Source: Chrysomallon squamiferum (Eukaryota; Animalia; Mollusca). From it: DNA of 64,000 nt. Location of the stretch: positions 28,396,001 through 28,460,000 of the forward strand of contig CM022670.1 in the NCBI GenBank assembly GCA_012295275.1. The letters are read 5' to 3'. The translations under genes were made by a program, and so were the position numbers. The notes under the pieces were generated by a model. The model was given only the letters and a program-made list of their open reading frames with translations. It did not search any database and was not told the DNA's origin. Positions 1-11,665 of this stretch are shown here, piece by piece. Every line of letters begins with the position of its first letter. Position 1 is the first letter of the stretch.

Positions 1-289
1 TTATTATTATTATCTGTAGAGTAAGAAGTCAGCTTTATCAACCATGTCATGGCACAAAGGGAAGGGAGGTAATTAGTGACTCCTCAGAACACAGGAAACT
101 GCAAAAGCAGTTGTTTATATACGCGTGTCATCATATTTTTATAAACATGCTGTCAAGAAAATCATTGTTTTCATTCTGATGTTCCTATTTGTTTTATCTC
201 ATTCAAACATCTGCACTATAGTGGTTTTCTTTATTATTATTTGTCCTCATAAACACTGCCTTTCTCTGAGGAAAAAAGAAGAAAACAAA

Positions 290-342
290 CAGTAATAATG
301 ACAATTGTAATAATAATAAACAAATAATAATAATAATAAACA

Positions 343-377
<35 letters not shown>

Positions 378-456
378 TAATAACGGTAACAATGAAAACA
401 TAATGAAACACACACAAAAAATGAACATAAGAACCTTTAGCACTATCAACATTTAA

Positions 457-497
<41 letters not shown>
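290..497. repeat. (AAT)n microsatellite and poly(A) tract
   Basis: Visible AAT runs at about 290-385 and an A run of about 41 nt at 457-497. Confidence 0.85.
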
Positions 498-500
<3 letters not shown>

Positions 501-984
501 CAGCTGCCCACATGAAGTTCCACAAATCCAGTTGTCCATCTTTACAAGCATGTTGAACACTTAAATGTCAAATGTTACATTAATTTGAGAATAGTTAGAA
601 TATTCATTTTTTTTTTTTTTTTTTTTTACAAAAATCCTGTAACAATAACAAAACATGTTGTTAACATACTGTTAACACCATACTGTAACACCAGCTAATG
701 ATGGCTACTAAGGCATCAGCTGTGTTGAATATTGACTAATTAGGCATACAGTAACATAACAGTGTTAAACACACAGGTAACAGGCACATTACCACTTGCA
801 GTGTTAAGAAAGTATTTACTGAAATCTCTAACTGAAAATATTTTTTGGCACATCCATATAGAGAAGAAGAAGAAGAATAACCAGATCGCACCAATTGATG
901 GTTAACAGAATCCTTTTATCATTCACACTTTGTCTGACCACTGTCCTTGCCTGGGAAAATGCTCTCAAGTCCATTGATCTGAGG

Positions 985-1432
985 GGAAATCATTTTCTTA
1001 GAAATGTTCTCAATCTGTTGAATCTAAATGAAACATCTAAGAAATGAACAAATGATTTTCACAGAAATGTTCTCAATCTGATGAAGCCATGAATTTCATT
1101 TTCTTAGAAAAAACATTTATAATCTGATAAATCCATTCATCAGCTTCTGTGAAATATTCTCAACATAATGAATTGATGGCACCATTTTCTAAGAAATGTT
1201 CACCATTCAGTGTATCAGTATAGATCTCTTTCTATGAAATTCTCTGTTTGGTGAATCTACATTTTCTAAGAAATGTTCTCCGTCTGATGTAACCAAGCAT
1301 TTTTCTAAGAAATGTTCTCTGTCTGATGTAACCAAACATTTTTCTAAGAAAGGAGCTCAATCTGGTGAACTGTTAGTCTCTCTTTGCATGAAATGTTGTC
1401 ATTCTGATGACTCCATGTACATCATTTTCTGT
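985..1432. repeat. Degenerate ~39-43 bp tandem repeat just 3' of the stop (probable 3'UTR)
   Basis: Recurring ttttctaagaaatgttctc-like core, with an exact 39-bp period at 1264/1303/1342. Confidence 0.8.
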
Positions 1433-1490
1433 TTTGACCTCAGATAACTGTACTGTTTAAGTCACATGGTGGTGTTATATATATGTTTTA

Positions 1491-1605
1491 TTACACATCT
1501 GTTTCTGGTAAGTCTGCTTGTTGATGGAATGATTCTCGGATTCTGTCCATGTAGTTTGCACACAGATAACCGTATGACTTGTTGTACCATTCCGGACTCC
1601 GACCC
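1491..1605 (-). CDS. DLC1: Terminal coding exon (START domain end; ...PETDV*)
   Basis: Acceptor ttttcag|G, phase 2. Encodes GRSPEWYNKSYGYLCANYMDRIRESFHQQADLPETDV, followed by a TAA TAA double stop. Confidence 0.93.
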
Positions 1606-4600
1606 CTGAAAAGTAACACCAAACAAAAATTAAACAAAAATATAAATAAAAAATAGATTAATAAATATGCAAACATATAAAACTATAGCATTATAATATA
1701 ATTTATTATTGATCATTTCAGTGCATATGTAGTAATTTATTTTGCACAAAGCTTATATATACATTTTTCAGAGTTAAAAATATAAACATCTTTTTTCTCT
1801 TGAAAATATTTATATAAATTTTGAAATTTAATTTAAATCGTGTCCTTTCTTAAACTAGCCGTTACTAAAAATTAATTAATGCATGTATTTAATGTATCTC
1901 TGCCTCTCGTCTGCTTTACCTTGTGTCAGTTCGTGTAAGGTGTGTTATTCTTGTTTTTCCCGATCCGCAAGGCTCCATGAGAAAGTGTGACATAAACTCT
2001 ATAGCTTGGACTCCTTGTACCTCCGTGATGTCTGGATGATCAACTGAAGCAGAAATCATAGCACAGGCTCCTTTCACAAGATCAGTTCTCCAGTACCTGC
2101 ACAAATATTTTATAAATTGTTTAAAAAACCAAATAAACAAATATTGCTACCAAATATGTGTAAGAAAGTTGTGTGTAAGGTATCATCATCATCATTATTA
2201 TTATTATTTTAAGTTAACTGCCAGAATAGTAGATTAGATTTCTGAAGATTTTTAAAATTAAAATCATCCTAATGTTATTGTTTTATCATTATAAATTTTT
2301 ATTTATTCATTTCTCCACACCACCATTTTTATTGTTTCACTGTTTTTAGTATTCATTTTATAGAGTTGAAAATTGCTGTGGTATTTAAATGCAGATGACA
2401 TTTTGATTTGTTTTGATTTACACAGGTGACTTACCTCAGTATACAGTAGTGTCGTGTGGGGTGGGGTGCCATGCTGTTAATAGTGTACTGGAACACATCC
2501 GTATGCTGGTCAAGCTGGACTACGACTGACCAGTTGAGTAAATCCTCATCCCAAACTTGTCTGTAACAGATATAAAGTTATCACAAACATGTAACAGAAA
2601 TAGGAAGCTACTGGAAACACATAACAGATAGAAACCTATCATAAACATGTAACCGAAATAGGAAGCTACTGGAAACACATAACAGATATAAAGTTACCAG
2701 AAACATGTAACAGAAATAGGAAGCTACTGGAAACACATAACAGATAGAAAGCTATCACAAACATGTAACAGAAATAGGAAGCTACTGGAAACACATAACA
2801 GATATAAAATTACCAGAAACATGTAACAGAAATAGGAAGCTACTGGAAACACATAACAGATATAAAGTTACCAGAAACATGTAACAGAAATAGGAAGCTA
2901 CTGGAAACACATAACAGATATAAAGTTATCACAAACATGTAACAGAAATAGGAAGCTACTGGAAACACATAACAGATATAAAGTTACCAGAAACATGTAA
3001 CAGAAATAGGAAGCTACTGAACACATAACAGATATAAAGTTACCAGAAACATGTAACAGAAAAAATAATGAAGCAAATAAAATGGAAACACAAAACAAAT
3101 ATAAAGTTACCAGAAACATGTAACAGAAATAGGAAAACACTTCATACATAAACTAAATATAAAGTTTACCAATGAATCATGTAAAACATAAAATTACTGG
3201 AAACATTTGACAAAAATAATGCTACTGGAAAAATTTAACACAAATCAAAATTATGGGAATATATGACACAAAAACAAATTGCAGTAAGTATTTGTTATAA
3301 TAAACCAAAACCTGTCTCTGTATATGTGTTTGTCTGAGAACTTTTTGCAAAAACATAATCCACACCTACATAAAAATCAGTGTCTGCTGTGTGGGTCAGT
3401 ATAAGAAGCATTAAGTGCTGAGTTAAGTAGGTTTCGTACCTCTCATGAAGAATTCTGTTGAGGACTTCCACTGGGGGTGCCTCCACCTCCACACAGCACT
3501 TCCACTCTCTCAGAGGGTTACTGTCAGTGGGCTTCTTGTAGAAAATCTCAATTCCACTGACAGACAGAGTTAAAACCCACCCCCTGTTCTTTTCATGTGA
3601 CTCCTGAAGTAGATAAATATAAATACTGACACCACATGCAAACTCTGTATTCAGTAGATTAAAAAACAAATGGCTAGGTAAACAGAATTGAAATTAAAGA
3701 GTGGTGTTTATTTACTTATGTCTACTACCTACCTACTTTTCTACTTAATATAGATACTGTTATGAAAACACTGATGTCTAAAAAATAGATATTTAATAAA
3801 TGCTTTGAAAATATGGAAGCTTGAAAAAATTAACTTTTTACTGAGAAAAATCAAATAGAAGAAAAACAACACACGGAAATTAATGATCTATAAAGACTGA
3901 GGCAATAATTGTCTATAGTTTTTACCTTGAGTAATGTCTGTATGCATTCTTCACCATAAGACTTGAAATCTGGTCCATCATGGTTAGGTACCCTGCAGAA
4001 TTCTTCAAATGGCATCGGTTCTGTTCCCTCAATACTGGACAAAGGCATTTTGGAAAACACCCAGGATGGAATCTGAGTCAAAGTAATCACATAAATCATA
4101 ATTATATTTATAATAATGTAATTGTAATATACATAAATTAAAAAATAAATATAAATTTTCAATTTTTTTTTAATAGAATATAATAATATATTTATTCTTT
4201 TTTCAATTTTTAAAAATAATCACGGTCAATAAACTCACCATAAATATTTTCTTGCTCTCTGTGATCATGAAAGTGAGGCACTCGTGAGCCGCTTTCTGTT
4301 CCTGCAGTTCCCGTGCCTCTGGTATTCCGAGATTTTTACGATTTCTTTTAGGACTCGAAGTGGAGTTGAACCTTAGCCCTCCCATGTTGAACAGTGATGG
4401 AGCAAAACAGACAGCCAAGTTACTAGCAGTCATCTGAACCAAATTAACAAACATGTGTCAAACCATAATCAACTGAAAAGCATTCAGTAATAATAATGAT
4501 GATGAGAGAAAAATTAATTTTATTCTTGAAATAATAGTTGTATTATAATTTATGTAAGTGGTGAGGTGGTTTTCAATAAAATATTGTTTTGAAATAGTCA

Positions 4601-7600
4601 AATAACAATAAAACTTTTAGAAGTAAACAGTTTCCTGTTATTTAAATATATTCCAAGTTTCTTGTTTTTCCAGTTAAACAGTATTTTTTTGTTTCATATG
4701 TATATCATATATATATATATATATATATGTAATAAAAGTAAAATTTCTTTTTATTTGGTTTTTGTTTCCAACAAGCCATGTTTCCACAAGTTGAAGACGA
4801 TATGAAGATAGGACAAAACTGTAATTTGACTGACCTGATGTTCTGAGGAATGCTGGGAAATGTCGCTAAGGAAGAGAAGCAGAGACTGCAGAGTTTCTCG
4901 GTTCTCGTCAGGCAGTAAAACAATGGTTGCCTGGATGGCTTCAAGTCGCAGACCTACTGGAACATCTAGCAGAACAAAAATAATTAAAATATTTACATTA
5001 GCATCAATTTTTTAAAATGCAGCAGAAAGAACTTAATTTACTTATTAAAAGATAAATTTGGAAATGTTATTTCAAAACAACTTATTAAAAATTGTTGATG
5101 CTTTTTTTGATTCATGAAAGATGATTCATGAAAGATGATGATGATGATGATAATAACTAGAATCAGAACCATAAATATGTAACAGTTATGAATAAACAAA
5201 CAGTACATTGAGAAATGATGACACAAAATATATTAAAAACATTTGAAATATAATGTATAACAGATTGGAGTCTAGTACTTAGGAAAGATAAGATAATTTC
5301 AGTAAGACAGTTTGAGAATGATGAAATGGTCAACGTACGAGTGAAGATTGTGATGAAGGTTTCTGACAGTTTGTTAGTAAGAAGACACTCTGGCAGTTCT
5401 CGGAAGTATTGCTTCAGAAGATCAGCAACATCATAGGCCTGCAACTCCTCAAAATCTACTTCTTCTGAAAATACAGTTATTAAAACACTCAGTGGTAATG
5501 ATACTTATAATAGTAATAGCAACAGGAGTGGTACTAGTAGTAACAACAGTAGTAACAATACTAGTAGTAACAATAGTAGTAACAATACTAGTAACAATAC
5601 TAGTAGTAACAATAGTAATAACAATACTAGTAGTAACAATACTAGTAGTAACAATAGTAGTAACAATACTAGTAGTAACAATAGTAGTAACAATACTAGT
5701 AGTAACAATAATAATACAGAATAAATGATAAATGCTATATATATATATATACACCTATATATTTAGTTGATGTTTATATATCAGAAAATGTTCTAAATAA
5801 GCAACTGTTATTATCTTCATGTATCAAATAAAACTTTTTAAAACAGTTACCTGGATGAGCTTCCAAATCATTCCTCAATTTCTGGATTCTCGACCGAACT
5901 CCAGACTTCCGAAATATTCCCAAGGCATCATTAGCTGTTTTACGCAGGTATCGCATGGCATACAGCATACACTGCGGTAAGGCCTGCCCTGTTCTCTGAA
6001 GAACAACATGAAGAGGAACTCCAAAAACATTCTTCTCTGTAAAATCAGGCGACTTGTTCCTCTTCATGAAGCGAGGCATCGACCAGTTCCAGCCTGTTCG
6101 ATTTGTAGGTGAGTATTTTTCCATGATGGCTGTGAGTTTGAGGAGGGAGAGTTTGCGCAGCACCATCAGTTTGCGGACAGACAGACTGTCGACCTGAAGA
6201 TCTCGACTGTTCAGACTGGGTCGGTGACACTTTTGAAAACTGTGCCAGCGAATACGTTTACGTTTTCTGTCACTGGAGAAAAGATTTTAATAATAATTTG
6301 TTATTATGTATTTACATTGTAAAGATCAGTTTAAATAAAATGTCAAACTAACATTTTAAAAGGTATTATAAATACTTGTTTTATCAATCCTAACATTCAT
6401 CAATAAAGCCAGGTGTTAATTATAATTACATATTGGGAAGAAAATGTGCTTATTAGATGAAGCAGATCATTGGCAAGATAGTTTTTGTTAGCGAAAGAAT
6501 TATGATCATGACTCCACAAACACAATCCTGATCTATAAGAAAATCAGTCTGTCTGTCTGTTATGTGATAATTACCTGGATGTTCTAGTTAGTGATGAGCC
6601 GACCCCTGAATCTCGCCTCTCTCTTCTCTCTGTGTTCTCCACATGCTCCATGGAGTCATCAGGAGACAGCTCCTCCCCTGGGATGTCCTGATCACTGTAC
6701 GGAGACGACATGTTACTGCTTGCGTCGTTCTCCCCCTCCATATCCTGATCAGTGATCATACTCTCGTCCACCGAGGCACACTGGGATACATTCAGGCTGG
6801 CGTACGAGTTTTCTTTTTTAGATATAACTAAGAGAACAGAATAAACATTTATAAATTGGTATATAAAAAAAACCCACCATAAAATAAAAAAAAATTAAAA
6901 AAAATTCCATCTATATTTATGTATTATACTATATAATGTAAATTTAAAAAGGTAAAAAGAAAAGAAAAAATTATATTTTTCAACAAATGTGAAAAGATTT
7001 AGGCTGGTAATGAGGTATGAATAATTCAAAGAATACTTGATTTGCAACAGGTCTATAAAGACTGAGCCTTCAGTAATTTCCCCAGAAACTGAACAGTGAA
7101 TATTACCCAGTAAAAATTGGTCATGAAGTTTTTCTTTTTTTTAATTTTATCTTTTTAGTTATTTACGTACTTCTTTTTCACTTTAAAAAAAAACAACAGA
7201 AAAAGGAACAATCAATATGAAATTTAAAAAAATTGAAAGTTTTCAATCTGTGATAATAAAATATGCATAAACTGAAAAAAAAAAAATAAAAACATTTTTA
7301 ACAGGACACTGAATGGACATATAAATATTAATTGACAATTCAGTTTTTAATAATAAATTAGTCATCTGTATTGTATCACATAAAATAATAATAATAATTT
7401 TTAAAAATCGTATGAAAAAAAAAAAAATAAAAAACCAAATATGATACAAATAAAAAGACAAAAAATACATTTTAAAGCCTACTTCTCTGAAGAAGCTGCC
7501 AAATTGCTGAACAACAAAACAATAGCAGCAACATAACTAAATATTACTACTACTAAAAAAAATCAGTTCAATAAATTATTAATAATAAATTAGTAGTTGT

Positions 7601-10600
7601 AAAAAAAAAAAGAGAAAATCACCAACCCCAACAATAATAATAAAAATATTTTTTGTAAAATAGTAATAATTTAGAAATAATTTTTAAAAAATTTAGAAAT
7701 AATAATTTAAAACAAGTCAGTACTTACCACTTTCATCTGACCTGCTGTTGATGGTCTCACTGAGTCCATTGATGTTCTCAAACAGTTGATGAAGAATGGC
7801 ATCAAGCTCCTGCTGTGCCGCAGCCAGCTCCTTGTCCAATGGCTCCTTTTCCTCCTTTCTTCTATCACCATTTAGGGATACCTCTGTGCTCTGGTTAACA
7901 CAGCCAGAACATGATAAAGACCTTTCTCTCAAGACATAGGCTGGACTCACTATGGAAGACTGCTCACTGTGACTCAAAAGGAGGACCGCTCACTATTACT
8001 CACAACTGAAGAGTGCTCACTGCATGTACTCAACTGACTAATATTTGATGAAATTTCACTCAATTGACTCACATTGGTGACTTCACTACAGTTCAGATGA
8101 TCACTACACTTGGTCTGGACACTAACATTCAGCAAGTCTTTATTCCCGGAAACGTCTCTACCATGGGAAGCATGGTCTCCCAAATTGTCATACATACTCA
8201 ACCGGATAGATTTCTTACCTGATTTCGGACTGATGGGAAGAGGTGTCAGTTCATCACTTTTTTCTCTACTGAAACTGAAACTGCCTGTTCTGTAGTTTAT
8301 TCCATGACCATCACAAGTGTCTATGTAGCCGTTCTGAAGCCGTTTTGGGAAGCTGCCTGGTTTGTGGTCTTGAGGTAGAAAGAAAATCTCCATCAGGTTC
8401 ATATCACTGTTGTTTCTCCTCACTCTGTTGTGAATGTAGGAATCAGCTGTTTTGAAACTTTGGAGGAGTTCTCTGTGAGCCATGTAAAACTCACTCAATG
8501 AAGAGTCATTTAGCTGAGATTTCGTTTGACTTTCCTGAACACTTTTAGAACTATTATCACTCTGTACTTTATGGGGCAATGCAGGAGAAATGTGGGGCAT
8601 CTTTGGGAACTCTGTAACCACAGGACTTTTGGGGGACATTGGGACCACTGGAGTTTTGGGGGACATTGGGACCACTGGACTCTTGGGGGACACTGGGACC
8701 ACAGGACTCTTTGGGGACACTGGGACCACAGGACTGTTAGGGGTAACTGGTGTCAGAGGACATTTAGTGGATGCTGAGGATTTGGGAGAAATAGGAGATA
8801 CAGGAGATGATTCATCTAAAACAGGACAGTTTTCATCTGTCTTGTCCTCTCCGAAAGTTCTAGCAGGAACTTCTGATGTTGGACTGATGTCCACACAGTT
8901 CATGTGTTGAATCTTTGCTTGCATATCAGCCTTGTCAGCCACTACTGGACCACTGATCTCAACAATGTTCTTAGAAAACTTTTTATTTCTCTTTGTCTTG
9001 AAGCTCTCAACTTTCCTCAACAAGTTCTTTGCACTTTTAATTTTGTCGCTTGCTGCCCGCCTCAGCCTTGGACTCATGATAAACGAAGACTCAGTTGGGG
9101 TAGAGTTTTTCCGCTGCACTGTGGCATAGCCAAGGTGTGGCATTTTGCTGTCCAGGACTGGACTATCGTCTGCCGGACTGCTGCTGTCCTGGTCAGTTAG
9201 CAAGCTGTCGTGGCTTGAGCTGGACTTCACGGTCACATGACTTTGGTCCAAGTCAAGGTCTTTTCTTGACCAGCGTTGAATATTCTGTTGGAATTCCCAC
9301 CTGCTGCTTAAAGCACAGTAATCATCATCATCTGTTTCCTCGTTCTGAAAAACAATCATCATCACAGTCATCCATTTTTCATTAATTATCATTCACATTT
9401 TGTAATGCATCATTAATAATTATTATCATTATCTGTTTGTTTCACAAACATATCATTATCTTCCATAATATATTCCCTTTGTTCTGACTGTATTCTGTAA
9501 TCTACTTCACACACAAACACACACAAAATAATAAACAACATTTACACTTGGTACACATACATAATTGTCTAATTGCATTACATACTTTATTTCCTTTCTG
9601 TTTCACAAAAATATATGACTATCCTAAATCCTTTTATATAATATGTGTAAACATCTCTTTGCAACAAAATACAACATTCTTGTAATGACACCAAAAATAA
9701 TGTAATTGTGCAGTTGTATTACCTAACTGAGAACATGAACATAGTTCCAAAGGAAACAATTTATCAGTGTCACAACAAAATATTAGCAATAAATGCTTAT
9801 TCCTCAGGAATAAAACAATTCCAATCTTGCAACAGAAACAAAAATATCAACACAATAATCCTGAAGTTGAATTTTATAACAGAAATCTTATCATTTTATG
9901 TAACAGTATAATTACATTTTATACATGTTCTGCTTCAAGAAATGGAACAAAATTCCTGATTGTTTCAGAGAAAATTCTGGACATTCTCCTGCTAGCAGCA
10001 ACAATTTGCTAGTATGGAGACAAAAGACTTTAACATGAAATTGCATGTCGATGATTCATTGTCCAAAAGGCAACATTCCAGTCTAACTGATCAATACAGT
10101 TATTATTGTGCTGTGTGTCTGGATTGGGATTTTGGTCAGAAGCTGATATCCAATCAATAGTGCTATTATCTTGTTAATTAACACAAATCTAAAATCCTGT
10201 TTCATTGGCAGTCAAGTTGTTTTAAACAGAGACTTTGAGAAGGTGTTTGTTTAGTGATATATAATACTTGAGTGATTTAATTTTATAGGTAAAACAATAT
10301 ATATATTAATAATGGATATTACCAGGTAATAAAAATGTCAAATATGTGTAACTAAACTGTTTATTATTATAAATGGATTGATAAAGTTGTGTGTATAAAG
10401 ACAAAACCTACTATGTATAACATACGCATGTGAAAAACCCCAACAAAGTATGAAAATAAGACAGAACATGTGTTAAAGTATGTCTGATATGCATATTATT
10501 TATCTACTTATTTTATTTATTTATTAATTTATGTTAAATTACAAATTGGAATTTTTAAATATACACCAATCTAACATACATATTTTTAAAAGACATGAAA

Positions 10601-11615
10601 TATGTATGGCCTTTGAAATGTTTATCTCAGTAATAAAAATAAAAAGAATTCAACAAAGAATACAAAAGATCCACTTGACAAGTACAAACAATACTAATCC
10701 AGGTAAATACAGGTACTTAACAGACTATTAAAACATGTCAAATGTCTCTGCTGGTCTTTCAGCAGAAATGACTTTATCCTGTAGCTGACTATCAGTGAGT
10801 GGTATGCAATGTGGGGACCTGGCAAACAACCCACAACAAACACCCCATTGAAAAACCCCAGTGGGCCACTTTACAAAGTGGCCTGATACTCAAGGTCCAA
10901 TAAATGTGTTTATAACTCCCTCCCATCTTGTCCACCTGATAACTTTGAAGCCACAAGCCAAACTGTAAACACAGGTAAAGAGACATTTGACTGAAAAAGT
11001 GGTCAATATTTAACTTGTACTCCAACAAGACGAGATAAAGAGAAAAATAATAATATACAACCACTTGACCATGTGCCTGGGGACTTGTTTTTAGAGTTTC
11101 CTTATTTCTTTTTAAACTCTTATTGGGCCTTGCATATCCTGTTTAAAACTATAAACAATTTTGTCATCCATGTTATCTCTTCTAATCTGTCATTCTTCTT
11201 CAACTCACTCAAACCTATCCTTATCGTTATTTCTTTCTCTCGCTTACAGAATTAAAACAAATAAAATATTTTCCATGTCCTCCTCCTTCTTCTAATCTTT
11301 GTAATTTAACTTTCTCTATTTCTCTCTGACTATCTGAGTGCCTAATAGCATTTTATCTCACTTCCACACTACCTGGGAGAGAGGTTAATGAATTATATAT
11401 TAATTTATTATTTACACAGGTGGGAGTGTTTGGACTAATGTGACATGTAGCACCTGAATTTCCTTTTCATTTCTTTTTTTATAACAGAATAAGTCTCGGA
11501 ATTTTTATATTTTTTTTATATTTTAAAATAATTTTTTATTGTAGGAAGTCATTATGTAAGACTTACATTATACATATACACAACAGCCAATCCTGTTTTA
11601 TTCAGACATAGATAT

Positions 11616-11665
<50 letters not shown>

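Noticed and set aside
1400-1493. Stop-codon readthrough into the 39-bp repeat
   Set aside because: Double TAA TAA stop, and further stops occur in all frames.
2563-3135. CRISPR-like array (also 985-1432, 14233-14672, 57684-57901)
   Set aside because: Head-to-tail tandem units without unique spacers, no cas genes, eukaryotic context.
5449-5754. Thr/Val/Leu-rich ORFs (also 203-525, 20276-20770, 33743-34178, 42308-42703, 61810-62049)
   Set aside because: These are translations of micro- and minisatellites.
7970-7985. Programmed ribosomal frameshifting at UCC UUU UGA
   Set aside because: Continuation needs -1, but there is no X XXY YYZ heptamer in frame. The natural +1 slip (UUU to UUU) meets TGA three codons later.
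8110-9385. Plus-strand ORFs including a GTTG-repeat peptide
   Set aside because: Antisense shadows of the large coding exon and its 27-bp repeat.
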